Part shown: positions 17,987-27,034 of the stretch, one piece after another
Numbering within the stretch: the stretch's first letter is position 1
Layout: the number at the start of each line of letters is the position of its first letter
Assembly (NCBI GenBank): GCA_965649215.1
Contig: CBFGJZ010000002.1
Coordinates: 63,555 to 103,125, forward strand
DNA from: a candidate division WOR-3 bacterium
GTDB taxonomy: Bacteria > Hydrothermota > Tepidihabitantia > Tepidihabitantales > CAIPLT01
Direction: 5' to 3'
Length of the DNA: 39,571 bases
Notes under the pieces: generated by a model
Database searches by the model: none
Told to the model about the DNA's origin: nothing
Seen by the model: the letters and a program-made list of their open reading frames with translations, nothing else
Program-made: the position numbers and the translations under genes

Positions 17987-20005
17987 TCATAGCATCTTTA
18001 TAGTATCGTATACTTGTTTAGCTTTTTGGGCTATATGTTCGCCGGAGACTTCAAATTCCCACATTAATTCCCAGGGGGCACCACTTTCGCCAAAACGGTC
18101 TTGGACCCCGATCATACCAAGCATGATTTTTTTGCCAACCAGTTCTTTACTTTGCATTATGACACCGGCAACTTGATTGCCTAACGCACCCACTTGATGT
18201 TCCTCTGCTGTAATAATAACATTGGTATCCTTAGCACACCGGATAATTGTTTTTTTATCGAGTGGTTTTAAGGTATGCATATTTACAACTCGGGTTTCTA
18301 AGTTATATTCTCTTTTTAAAATCCATGCTGCACGCATTGCTTCAGGGACTTCAGGACCGCAGGCAATGATTGTGAGATCTTCGTTTTCAGAGTGATAATC
18401 TGTTGCTAAATAAACATCAAATGCGTCAATAAAGTTTTCTTTTTCGACTCGGAATCGGTAGATATTTGCAACACCCCATTGATATGGTGTTTTTTCATTA
18501 GTTACAATCGGAGTTGCTTCTCGGGCAAAGCGGATGTATTTTGGTCCTTTGATATTAAAGAGCAGATGTTCAGTGGCTCGTTTGGTTTCTAAAGCATCAC
18601 AAGGTACTGAGACATGCATATTGGGCAGTCCACAAATCTGGAATAAATCTTCTAAAGTTTGATGAGTTGCGCCATCCGGTCCCACTGAAACACCGCCATG
18701 GGCACCAGCAATTAAAACATTAAAATTACCATAACAAACTGTGGTTCGGAGTTGGTCAAGATTACGGCCTGAGGCAAAAACACCGTAAGTGCCAAAGACA
18801 GGGATTTTACCTTCTTTAGCTAAACCAGCAGCTAAGGCAGTTGCTGATTGTTCAGCAATCCCTGCAGAAATCCAACGATGTTTGCGTTCGGGATGTTTTT
18901 CGTAGAAATGGCTGATTGTAATCGAACCAGAAATATCAGCACCGATACAGACAACTCTTTCATCATCGCCGCGTTCTTCTAGTGCTTTGCCAAACCCAAA
19001 TCGAGTGGGTTCCATTTTAACTTTCATATTCGTTTGGCGGTTCCAAAAATAATCTCTACTGAATTTAGGGATTTTTTTGCTAAGTTGTAAATCAACCTGT
19101 TTTTGATAGTCATTTGCGCGTTTGAGTAGTTTTTCATAATCTAATTTATCAATTAAGCCGAGTTCCGTGAGACCCTTAATCATTTCTTCTTTGTTTGGGG
19201 CTTTACCATGCCAAGCGGCAACATTTTCCATAAAACTGACGCCCTTGCCTTTAACACAGTGGGCAATAATTGCAGTTGGTTTACCTTTAATTTGTTTTGC
19301 TTTTTCTAAAGCAGCTAATATCTCCTCCATTTTATGGCCGTCGCATTCAAGCACATGCCACTTGAAGGCTTCTAATTTTTCTCTTAAAGGATCAATATCT
19401 TGTACATCTTTTACCCAACCATCAATCTGTAATCGGTTCTTATCAATGATTGAGCAGAGATTATCCAGTTGCCAGTTTCCTGCTTCCATCATTGCTTCCC
19501 AAATTTGTCCTTCTTGTAATTCACCATCACCGTTGAAAACATAGACGCGGTAGTTTTTCTTATCCAATTTTGCAGCCATTGCGATACCAACCCCAATTGA
19601 GAGACCTTGTCCTAAAGAACCAGTAGAGGCCTCAACACCAGGTAGTTTTAACCAATGGGGATGTCCTTGATAAGGAGAGTAAAGTTTTCTTAATCTTACG
19701 ACATCTTCAATATCATAAAAACCAGCCGCACCAAGTCCTAAATACAGATTTGGTGCTTTGTGTCCGGTTGACCAGATTATACGATCACGATCTTCCCAAA
19801 ATGGATTTTCGGGGTCTAAATTGGCAACTTTGAGATATAAAGCAGCGGTAAAATCCATCATTGACAAGGTACCACCACTGTGACCAGAGCCAGCTGCACA
19901 GAGCGCGATTAAGTTGTAACCACGCATTAAATTAGCCCAGTGTTTAAGTTCTTCAATTGAGTAATCTTTTCTAATCTTACCTGTTTTGGAATCAATTAAT
20001 GCCAT
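17987..20005 (-). CDS. tkt: Transketolase (single chain, resembling fused N and C subunits of split-type transketolases)
   Basis: GHSGG, TGSLGQG, TPP motif GDGELQEG...NRLQIDG, GIAEQ and GPDGATHQ; SD GGAGGAGG. Confidence 0.9.
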   Translation of the reverse strand: MALIDSKTGKIRKDYSIEELKHWANLMRGYNLIALCAAGSGHSGGTLSMMDFTAALYLKVANLDPENPFWEDRDRIIWSTGHKAPNLYLGLGAAGFYDIEDVVRLRKLYSPYQGHPHWLKLPGVEASTGSLGQGLSIGVGIAMAAKLDKKNYRVYVFNGDGELQEGQIWEAMMEAGNWQLDNLCSIIDKNRLQIDGWVKDVQDIDPLREKLEAFKWHVLECDGHKMEEILAALEKAKQIKGKPTAIIAHCVKGKGVSFMENVAAWHGKAPNKEEMIKGLTELGLIDKLDYEKLLKRANDYQKQVDLQLSKKIPKFSRDYFWNRQTNMKVKMEPTRFGFGKALEERGDDERVVCIGADISGSITISHFYEKHPERKHRWISAGIAEQSATALAAGLAKEGKIPVFGTYGVFASGRNLDQLRTTVCYGNFNVLIAGAHGGVSVGPDGATHQTLEDLFQICGLPNMHVSVPCDALETKRATEHLLFNIKGPKYIRFAREATPIVTNEKTPYQWGVANIYRFRVEKENFIDAFDVYLATDYHSENEDLTIIACGPEVPEAMRAAWILKREYNLETRVVNMHTLKPLDKKTIIRCAKDTNVIITAEEHQVGALGNQVAGVIMQSKELVGKKIMLGMIGVQDRFGESGAPWELMWEFEVSGEHIAQKAKQVYDTIKML

Positions 20006-20086
20006 TCCTCCTCCATCTTAAAAGCGAGTTGATAGTAGTGAAGATATCGGTTTGTATTTTCCGCATAGCTCACTACTTGATACTCT

Positions 20087-20737
20087 TTACTTTTTCGGGA
20101 TTTTTTGATAGTCTTCAAAAAATTTCTTAATACCGATATCGGTTAAGGGATGATTAATCATTTGTTTTAAGACACTAAAAGGAACGGTTGCGATGTGGGC
20201 ACCCATGCGCGCCGACTCGACAACATGTAGGGGATTACGAACACTGGCGACAATAACTTCAGTAGCAAAACCGTAGTTATAGAGTATTTGAACTACATCA
20301 CCGACAATCTCCATACCAAAATGTGAGATATCATCTAAGCGGCCGACAAAAGGACTGATAAAAGTAGCACCAGCCTTAGCCGCTAAAAGGGCTTGATTCG
20401 GACTGAAGACTAAAGTGACATTGGTCTTTATGTTTTTTTCGCTTAAGATTTTTACGGCTTTTAAGCCTTCAATGCCCATCGGTATTTTAATCGTGATGTT
20501 TTTCGGATTTATTTTTGCCCATGCTTCTGCTTCTTTAACCATTTCCTGCGCTTCGGTTGAGATTATCTCAACCGAAATTGGTCCATCTACGATTTGACAT
20601 ATTTCGCTAACGCATTCTTTAATTTCACGACCAGTTTTTGCAACTAAAGTTGGATTAGTCGTAACACCATCAAGAATGCCCCAACTTGCGACTTCTTTAA
20701 TTTCTTTGACATCAGCTGAATCAATAAAGATTTTCAT
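20087..20737 (-). CDS. tal: Transaldolase / fructose-6-phosphate aldolase family
   Basis: [22 protein letters not shown] (Schiff-base Lys), SPFVGRLDD and ASVR motifs. Start moved to ATG 20737, which has an AGGAGG SD. Confidence 0.93.
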   Translation of the reverse strand: MKIFIDSADVKEIKEVASWGILDGVTTNPTLVAKTGREIKECVSEICQIVDGPISVEIISTEAQEMVKEAEAWAKINPKNITIKIPMGIEGLKAVKILSEKNIKTNVTLVFSPNQALLAAKAGATFISPFVGRLDDISHFGMEIVGDVVQILYNYGFATEVIVASVRNPLHVVESARMGAHIATVPFSVLKQMINHPLTDIGIKKFFEDYQKIPKK

Positions 20738-20944
20738 TATGCCTCCTAAAAAGTCGTGAGCACTAAGCAAAGATATGTTTGATAATGCTCACACCTTGTT
20801 GTTAATAAATAAAAAAAGTTTATGGTTATATTCATTTTATATTCAAAAAGTTATGATTTTAATTATTGATTGTTATCGGTAAACAAAACTTAATGCGATT
20901 AAAAAAGTATAGTACGAACGTTGCCCTGATAACCATGAATTGAT

Positions 20945-20972
20945 ATTATACTGAAAATTATTAGTTTGTAAA
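20945..20972 (-). promoter_or_regulatory. Promoter for the tal-tkt-aminotransferase operon (~200-nt leader)
   Basis: Minus strand TTTACA-16 nt-TATAAT. Confidence 0.6.
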
Positions 20973-21054
20973 GGGGCAGTGAGATTTTAAATAAAAGTAA
21001 GAGTGCGTATAGAAAATATGAAATATTTATATGCTATGAGTGTATGATGAATAG

Positions 21055-21082
21055 TTGACATTTTAAAAAATCTGAGTATTAT
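21055..21082 (+). promoter_or_regulatory. Promoter for the PpiD-like gene
   Basis: TTGACA-16 nt-TATTAT, 8 nt before the ATG, no SD. Confidence 0.6.
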
Positions 21083-21090
21083 ATTTAACT

Positions 21091-22863
21091 ATGTCAGTTA
21101 TTACAAGAATGCGTCGTTGGAGCAAATTTTTATTTATTTTAGTGGCGGTGGTCTTTGTTTTGGGATTTTTATTAGGCGAACTATGGCAGATTTTAGGTCG
21201 TCGGGGAAGTGAGAATATGCTTGCCAAGGGGATTGTTGGCAAAGTTGGCAAAAAGAATATTACTTTACAGGAATATCAAAATACTTTCGATTATTTAGCT
21301 GCAAAACACAAAGTAGAGAATAATGTGCAGGAATTGTCCAAACAGGATATGGAAAGGATTAGCCAACAGACTTGGCAGTATGTTACAGAACAGAAAAACT
21401 GGGCAGATATTTTAAAGAGGAATAAAATTACAGTTACCGATCCAGAACTGATTGAAATAATCAAAGCGAATCCACCCCAAGATCTACGGATGCGAGAAGA
21501 TTTCATGACCAACGGTGAGTTTGACTATCAAAAGTATCAAGAATATATTTTTGCGCCTGAAAATCGTCTCCGACTTACATTGTATGCCTACGAGTTATCA
21601 GTAGGGTTACCCCGAGAAAAGTTTCGTTTAGATGTGGTTAATAGTTATCGTGTAACGAGTAATGAGATTAATGATGCGAAGATAAAAGAAAACACCGCGC
21701 TTAAAGTGAGTTATCTGTTGATAACTTCTAAAGTCCTACAAGAACAATATAAACCAAGCGAAGCGGAGATTAAATCTTATTACGAGAAAAATAAAAAGAA
21801 ATATGAACAAGATAAAAGATATCGAGTTCGGTATGTCTTCTTCCCGTTAACCATAACTAAACGGGACTCGCTTGAAGTTGAACGGTTAATGCAAGATATT
21901 TATCAGTATACTCGTAATGAAGAGTTTACGAATTTAATCCGTGAATTTTCAGATTTTCCAACCGATACGATAGCACGGTGGTTTAAGATTAAAGAGATGG
22001 ATATACCAACTCAAAATGCTTTGGCAGAATTAAAAAACGATTCGATCACTCCACCATTTCTTACATCTTTTTGGCAGATTATAAAAGTTGATAAGAAAAT
22101 CAAAGATAGCGTTTTAGTAAGAAAAATCATCAAACGGATTGAAGTGAGTCGGGAGACCGAATATGCTCTACGCGATAGTATCGACAATTTTCTTAATCAA
22201 GCCCACAGTATAGATTTTGACACATTGTGCCAATCCTATGGACTTGCTTTGCGAGAATTGCCGCCTTGGACAAAAGAACGGATTAATTTTCCTTCTTTAT
22301 ATAATCAATCGCCCTTAAAAGAGTTTATCTTAAAATCAAAGCCAAAAGCAATTTCACCTGCTTATAAAGGGCGGGGTGGTTATTTCGTCTTTCAATTAAT
22401 GGCAGTCGAGCCGAAGCAAATTCAGCCGTTAGAGCAAGTTAAATCATCGATTGAATGGCAAATCCGTCGGGATAAAGAAAAGGATTTGGTCAAAGCCTAT
22501 GCTGAACAAATTATGGATAAGGTGCGGCAGGGTATCTCGTTAGAAGAAATTGCTCAAACTGATAGCCTGATTGAATTTCATACAGAAGAGTTTAATAGTT
22601 TTCGTGAATGCCGTAACCGTAAAGGTTCTCAATTTGCAGGCACAGCTTACGCTTTAAATCCTGGTGAAATTTTTGGTGTGTTAGCAACTGAGATCGGTTC
22701 CTTTATCGTTCGCTGTGATGAGCGTAGGGAGAATCAAGTCTTTGATGAATTAATATTCCAAGAGAATCGTAAGACGGAAGTTGGAAATCGAATCTTTCAA
22801 CATGTGATTAAGCAGCCAGAAATTGTTGATTATCGGAGTGCTGATTTCTTTCAATATTATTAA
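21091..22863 (+). CDS. SurA/PpiD-like membrane-anchored periplasmic chaperone (peptidylprolyl isomerase family)
   Basis: MSVITRMR plus one TM, VGKVG..IT..EY, ITVTD.E, F.TNGEFD...Y and SEAEIKSYYEKNK. Confidence 0.8.
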   Translation: MSVITRMRRWSKFLFILVAVVFVLGFLLGELWQILGRRGSENMLAKGIVGKVGKKNITLQEYQNTFDYLAAKHKVENNVQELSKQDMERISQQTWQYVTEQKNWADILKRNKITVTDPELIEIIKANPPQDLRMREDFMTNGEFDYQKYQEYIFAPENRLRLTLYAYELSVGLPREKFRLDVVNSYRVTSNEINDAKIKENTALKVSYLLITSKVLQEQYKPSEAEIKSYYEKNKKKYEQDKRYRVRYVFFPLTITKRDSLEVERLMQDIYQYTRNEEFTNLIREFSDFPTDTIARWFKIKEMDIPTQNALAELKNDSITPPFLTSFWQIIKVDKKIKDSVLVRKIIKRIEVSRETEYALRDSIDNFLNQAHSIDFDTLCQSYGLALRELPPWTKERINFPSLYNQSPLKEFILKSKPKAISPAYKGRGGYFVFQLMAVEPKQIQPLEQVKSSIEWQIRRDKEKDLVKAYAEQIMDKVRQGISLEEIAQTDSLIEFHTEEFNSFRECRNRKGSQFAGTAYALNPGEIFGVLATEIGSFIVRCDERRENQVFDELIFQENRKTEVGNRIFQHVIKQPEIVDYRSADFFQYY

Positions 22864-22908
22864 AAGATCATTGACAATTAGTAGAGTTTAAGTTAATAAT
22901 AATATGAT

Positions 22909-22981
22909 GGTCCTATCGTCTAGTGGTTTAGGACATCACTCTTTCAAGGTGAAGACACGGGTTCGACTCCCGTTAGGACCA
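22909..22981 (+). tRNA. tRNA-Glu (TTC)
   Basis: Acceptor GGTCCTA/TAGGACC, anticodon arm TCACT-CTTTCAA-GGTGA, T-loop TTCGACT; TTGACA at 22871 upstream. Confidence 0.95.
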
Positions 22982-22987
22982 AATTTT

Positions 22988-23060
22988 GCGGGAGTAGCTC
23001 AGCTGGTAGAGCATAACCTTGCCAAGGTTAGGGTCGCGAGTTCAAATCTCGTCTCCCGCT
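22988..23060 (+). tRNA. tRNA-Gly (GCC)
   Basis: Acceptor GCGGGAG/CTCCCGC, anticodon arm TAACC-TTGCCAA-GGTTA. Confidence 0.95.
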
Positions 23061-23115
23061 TTAAATTTGGAAATAGTGTTTTAGAAAAAATCACTATTCC
23101 CCGTTGATTGAGATT

Positions 23116-23188
23116 GGCGGCATAGCCAAGTAGCTAAGGCGGCGGTCTGCAAAACCGCTATTCATGGGTGCAACTCCCATTGCCGCCT
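23116..23188 (+). tRNA. tRNA-Cys (GCA), atypical D- and T-loops
   Basis: Acceptor GGCGGCA/TGCCGCC with U73, anticodon arm GCGGT-CTGCAAA-ACCGC. T-loop is TGCAACT and the D-loop lacks GG. Confidence 0.9.
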
Positions 23189-23201
23189 GTTAATAATATA
23201 A

Positions 23202-23288
23202 GCCGGGATGGCGGAACTTGGTAGACGCAAGGGACTTAAAATCCCTCGTCCATTTATGGACATGCCGGTTCAATTCCGGCTCCCGGCA
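23202..23288 (+). tRNA. tRNA-Leu (TAA)
   Basis: Acceptor GCCGGGA/TCCCGGC, anticodon arm AGGGA-CTTAAAA-TCCCT, long variable arm GTCCA-TTTA-TGGAC. Confidence 0.95.
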
Positions 23289-23308
23289 GATAATTTTATT
23301 TACAGAAT

Positions 23309-23381
23309 GGGTCGTTAGCTCAGTTGGCAGAGCACCGGATTTTTAATCCGGTGGCCGCAGGTTCGAGTCCTGCACGACCCA
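23309..23381 (+). tRNA. tRNA-Lys (TTT)
   Basis: Acceptor GGGTCGT/ACGACCC, anticodon arm CCGGA-TTTTTAA-TCCGG. Confidence 0.95.
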
Positions 23382-23405
23382 TAATTTTATTTAGTGAGGA
23401 GAGCA

Positions 23406-23888
23406 ATGGAGATTAAAAGTATCAAAATCACAAAACCAGCTGAAGTTAACATTATTATCGGACAAGCACATTTTATTAAGACGGTTGAAGATTTATATGA
23501 AACCCTTACGAGTTATGTTCCTAATATTAAATTTGGTATTGCTTTTTGTGAGTCATCGGGTCCTTGTTTAGTGCGAAGTGATGGTAATGACCCAGAATTA
23601 ATCCGATTAGCCGAAGAAAATGCATATAATTTAAGTTGTGGCCATACTTTCTTTATCGCTTTAAAAAATGCTTTTCCTATTAATGTACTTCAACAAGTCA
23701 AAGCGGTGCAAGAAGTCTGTTCGATTTATTGTGCCACTGCGAATCCCGTAGAAGTGATTATTGCAGAAAGCGCTCAAGGCCGAGGAATTTTAGGAGTGAT
23801 TGATGGTGAAAAATCAAAAGGCATTGAAACGGAAAAAGACAAACAAGAACGAAAAAAGTTTTTAAGAGACCTCGGATATAAAAGATAA
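23406..23888 (+). CDS. DUF355 / adenosine-specific kinase family protein
   Basis: NIIIGQAHFIKTVEDLYE, FGIAFCESSGPCL, GHTF, CATANP, GRGILGVIDG and RKKFLRDLGYKR. ATG 23406 has a GAGGAG SD. Confidence 0.88.
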   Translation: MEIKSIKITKPAEVNIIIGQAHFIKTVEDLYETLTSYVPNIKFGIAFCESSGPCLVRSDGNDPELIRLAEENAYNLSCGHTFFIALKNAFPINVLQQVKAVQEVCSIYCATANPVEVIIAESAQGRGILGVIDGEKSKGIETEKDKQERKKFLRDLGYKR

Positions 23889-23972
23889 TCTTTGTCGTAA
23901 GATCGCAATAAATTTATTGCCACCGCGGTATTTCTAAATTAAAAATTAAAAACTAAGGGCAGGATAGTAGGG

Positions 23973-24176
23973 GTAGGTTATTTGGTTGATTGTTTAGATC
24001 ATAACTTAGTCCATAGAATGATTAGTAATATAGTGGATAATTTAATAGTTAATCGAATAGATAATCTTGTAAGTGAGTTATTTTATTGTTTGGTAAGTAA
24101 CTTATCAGTTAATCTATGAAGTAAGCCCCTAGGCTACCTGATAGGCGACCTAGTAGATAAGCTTGTAGGTGACTTT
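23973..24176. repeat. 17 degenerate tandem 12-bp units, consensus about GTAGRTAAYYTA
   Basis: Indel-free 12-nt periodicity read directly from the sequence, e.g. gtaggttatttg, gtggataattta, atagataatctt, gtaagtaactta, ataggcgaccta, gtagataagctt, gtaggtgacttt. Confidence 0.75.
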
Positions 24177-24313
24177 TTAATTGACAAAGATGGTTAAAGT
24201 CTGCTTGGATATTTAATTTGAGTTTCATTATTTAGCTAAATAATGAATGCTTTTTTAGAGAAGGTAAATTGATATTGATAATAATCGCTCAGATTACTTA
24301 GTTTGAAATTAAA

Positions 24314-24662
24314 TGGAGGCGGCGGGAATCGAACCCGCGTCCGAAGCGTTCGAGATTTGAATTCTACATAGTTAGTTATTCTATAGTTCTCGTCGGTTCT
24401 TTAACCGAATAACAGGTTTGAACCAACCAGCCTTAACTTGAAGATCCAGTTTCAACTGTAAGGCGAAGTTGAAACCTTAATCACCCTCATCGACCCTTAA
24501 CCAATCCCGGGTGAGTGAATTGGTAAGAGTGGTTGCTTAATTAAGCAGCCATTGCATAGCTGTTATTGGCAGCTGTTTGTTCTTCGGTTTTTTTACGAGT
24601 TCCCGAAGCAACTCGCTATGCCTTCAAACCTCTCAGTCACTCCGTCAACACCATTCGCCCCC
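24314..24662 (-). ncRNA. ssrA: tmRNA; encoded tag reading ANNSYAMAA* at 24570-24541
   Basis: 5' GGGGGCG...GTTGAC, 3' GGACGCGGGTTCGATTCCCGCCGCCTCCA with a G:U acceptor pair, tag ending in AA-stop, 349 nt. Confidence 0.95.
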
Positions 24663-24670
24663 TTTTTTAT

Positions 24671-24698
24671 ATTATATTTGTTATTGTGCTTATGTCAA
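24671..24698 (-). promoter_or_regulatory. ssrA promoter
   Basis: Minus strand TTGACA-16 nt-TATAAT, 8 nt upstream of the mature 5' end. Confidence 0.75.
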
Positions 24699-24760
24699 TA
24701 GGGTTGATATTGAACAAAAGCACTAAATTAGAATTTAGATTTTATTATAAAATATAACTC

Positions 24761-24788
24761 TTGACATTATAATAAAGATTTGTAAAAT
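24761..24788 (+). promoter_or_regulatory. Promoter of the exbB...porV operon
   Basis: TTGACA-16 nt-TAAAAT; SD AGGAGG before exbB. Confidence 0.65.
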
Positions 24789-24847
24789 TATATGATAATT
24801 ATGAAGCATATAAATATAAAAACTTTATTTTATAAGCAGGAGGAAAA

Positions 24848-25471
24848 ATGATACACGAATTTCAAGCTGGTGGCGGTATCATGTGGTTTTTATTAGCGTG
24901 TGCCGTGTTAGGTATCGCGCTACTGATCGAACGCATTGTTACAATCTTTGTGAAGATGCGTTTAAATACAAAAACTTTTGTCGCAAATCTTATTGAAACG
25001 ATTGATAAAGGCGGTGTTAAAGCAGGTATTGAAATGTGTGATAATACACCTTCGCCAGTTGCCAAAGTGCTTAAAGCAGCATTAGAAAAAGCAACGGGTG
25101 GACGAGCTTTAATGGAAGATGCGGTCTTGCGTTCGTCGGCAACCGAGCTGGCATTTCTTGACCGTGGTATGGGTCTTTTGGGTGGCATTATTACCGTCGC
25201 CCCATTTTTTGGTTTTTTAGGCACAGTGACCGGAATGATTCGAGCATTTGCCGCAGTTGCGGCAGTTGGTGAAGTTGAACCAACGGTTGTCGCAAGCGGT
25301 ATTTCTGAAGCCTTAATCACAACCAAATGGGGTTTGATGATTGCGGCACCACTTTCCATTATCTTTGTTTTAATTCAAGGTAAAATTAATTCGTATACCC
25401 GAGAAATGGAAGCATCGGCTTCAACTTTAATTGATTATTTAGCCGAGAAGTTTGTCTGTACTCCAAAATAA
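24848..25471 (+). CDS. exbB: MotA/TolQ/ExbB proton channel
   Basis: APFFGFLGTVTGMIRAF and GISEALITT..GL.IA.P motifs. Confidence 0.93.
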   Translation: MIHEFQAGGGIMWFLLACAVLGIALLIERIVTIFVKMRLNTKTFVANLIETIDKGGVKAGIEMCDNTPSPVAKVLKAALEKATGGRALMEDAVLRSSATELAFLDRGMGLLGGIITVAPFFGFLGTVTGMIRAFAAVAAVGEVEPTVVASGISEALITTKWGLMIAAPLSIIFVLIQGKINSYTREMEASASTLIDYLAEKFVCTPK

Positions 25472-25501
25472 TTAAACAGACAACAAGATGACGGAGGCGA
25501 A

Positions 25502-25909
25502 ATGAAATTTAGAGAGCGGCCTTCAACGAAGATATCGATTCCGACCGCATCATTAGGTGATATTGCGTTTTTAATTATCATCTTTTTTATGACGACTTCG
25601 ATTTTCAGTCGTGAGAAAGGTTTGAAAATTGTCTTACCAGAAAAAGGTCAAGAAGTAAAGATTAAGAGCGAAAACATTCTTACCATTTCAGTAAATCCGC
25701 AAGGAGAAGTTTTAATTAAAGATGCGATTGTCTCGATTCCTGATGTGAAAGGGATTGTTGAACAGGAATTAGCTCAAAACCCTGATTTAGTGATCGCTTT
25801 ACGAGTTAGTCGGATGGCACCGTATCGAACGATGATTAATGTTTTTGATGAACTGAAACTTGCCAAAGCAGAAAAAATAAGCTTAATACCAGTGAAAGAA
25901 GGAAGTTAA
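25502..25909 (+). CDS. exbD: ExbD/TolR biopolymer transport protein 1
   Basis: TM segment SLGDIAFLIIIFFM with the conserved Asp. Confidence 0.92.
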   Translation: MKFRERPSTKISIPTASLGDIAFLIIIFFMTTSIFSREKGLKIVLPEKGQEVKIKSENILTISVNPQGEVLIKDAIVSIPDVKGIVEQELAQNPDLVIALRVSRMAPYRTMINVFDELKLAKAEKISLIPVKEGS

Positions 25910-25911
25910 TT

Positions 25912-26325
25912 ATGAAACGCATTCAACGCATTGCCAAATCCCAGCCTGAAATCACAACCGCTTCAACATCAGATATTGCATTTTTATTAATTGTCTTTTT
26001 TATGCTCACGACAGTTTTTCGAACTGAAATGGGTTTAAAAATTACCTTGCCCACTGCTCAAGCTACAGAACGGATTATGAAAAGAAGAAATGTTGCCCAT
26101 GTCTGGGTTGATAAAGCCGGTCGGATTTCAATTAATGATAACTTCTTAGATTTGAACGGCGTGATTTCTGTTGCCCGTTCGAAATTTGAAGATAATCCTG
26201 ATATTATTATGGTGGTACGCGCAGATCAAGATGCAGAATATGGTAAGGTTTCTGATATTTTAGAAGCTTTAAAGGAAGCTGGTACTTTAAAGATTACTTT
26301 TGCAACTGAATTCGAAATGAAGTAA
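25912..26325 (+). CDS. exbD: ExbD/TolR biopolymer transport protein 2
   Basis: STSDIAFLLIVFFML TM segment; VRADQDAEYG motif. Confidence 0.92.
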   Translation: MKRIQRIAKSQPEITTASTSDIAFLLIVFFMLTTVFRTEMGLKITLPTAQATERIMKRRNVAHVWVDKAGRISINDNFLDLNGVISVARSKFEDNPDIIMVVRADQDAEYGKVSDILEALKEAGTLKITFATEFEMK

Positions 26326-26403
26326 GTGCTGATTATGAAAGATGTAGGTTTAAAGTTATGCAACTATAATGACCTATATAAGGTCTAATTAAGAGGGGAG
26401 AAT

Positions 26404-27021
26404 ATGAATAGATATGCTGATTGGGATAGTTATTATGCATATGCGTTGCGCTATAGTATTATCGTTGCACTCTTAATCGTCAGTTTAGCGTTTCTATTAT
26501 TACCCAAAGAGTTTATCTATCAGGCTTATCAATTAAAAAGAGAAACGACTACTATTGCTGAAGAACTACCACCCGAGTTAGAAAAAATTGCTGAACCACC
26601 ACCAGTTGAACGGCCCAAATTACCAGTCGCGGCAGAATCACCAGAAGAAGTCGAAGCTACAACCATTGAAAAGACCGAATTTCAAGAAATTGTAAAAAAA
26701 CCGGCGGAAACCGATATTCCAGTTGTACCGTATTGGGTAGTTGAAGTAAAACCACAGCCAATTAATATTCCGAAACCTGCTTATCCTGATTTGGCTCGAC
26801 AAGCAGGAATTGAAGGTAATGTGGTAGTTAAAGCATTAGTTGATGTTGATGGTAGTATAATTGAAGTGGAAATTTTAAAATCGTCAGGTAATAGTTCTTT
26901 AGATCAAGCAGCACTATCGGCAGCACGAGAAGCAAAATTTAGTCCGGCAAAACAACGAGATCAATTTGTTCGGGTCTGGGTTTCTATTCCATTTAAATTC
27001 AGTTTAACGAGCGGTAAATAA
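26404..27021 (+). CDS. tonB: Energy transducer TonB
   Basis: N-terminal TM, Pro/Glu-rich linker, C-domain PAYPDLARQAGIEGNV...SSG..LD.AA...FSPA. Confidence 0.93.
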   Translation: MNRYADWDSYYAYALRYSIIVALLIVSLAFLLLPKEFIYQAYQLKRETTTIAEELPPELEKIAEPPPVERPKLPVAAESPEEVEATTIEKTEFQEIVKKPAETDIPVVPYWVVEVKPQPINIPKPAYPDLARQAGIEGNVVVKALVDVDGSIIEVEILKSSGNSSLDQAALSAAREAKFSPAKQRDQFVRVWVSIPFKFSLTSGK

Positions 27022-27034
27022 GGAGTATAAAATA

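Noticed and set aside
20738-20770. Extended N-termini in the ORF track for tal (also DUF355 at 23394 and paralog 2 at 27178)
   Set aside because: Downstream ATGs have clear SD sites and match the family or signal-peptide starts.
22904-23107. 67-aa ORF in the track
   Set aside because: It overlaps tRNA-Glu and tRNA-Gly, so it is spurious.
24117-24119. In-frame TGA as selenocysteine or recoding
   Set aside because: No start codon or SD for that frame and no convincing SECIS-like hairpin. TGA acts as a normal stop in rbfA and the ABC ATPase.
23973-24176. CRISPR array interpretation of the 12-bp repeats
   Set aside because: The units are contiguous, short and degenerate, with no spacers and no cas genes.
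23890-24313. Integrated element at the ssrA or tRNA 3' ends
   Set aside because: No integrase, and no duplicated tRNA/tmRNA 3' fragment (att site) found in the window.
24566-24757. 63-aa + strand ORF
   Set aside because: It is antisense to tmRNA and its promoter.
24792-24851. 19-aa uORF whose TGA overlaps the exbB ATG
   Set aside because: Any ATGA start creates such a stop. The spacing to the -10 (3 or 12 nt) does not fit the leaderless pattern, and exbB has its own SD.
24862-25359. 165-aa minus-strand ORF, and similar shadow ORFs at 4948, 7026, 19167, 29866, 34140 and 35027-35763
   Set aside because: These are antisense or alternate-frame shadows of well-supported genes, with no motifs or RBS.
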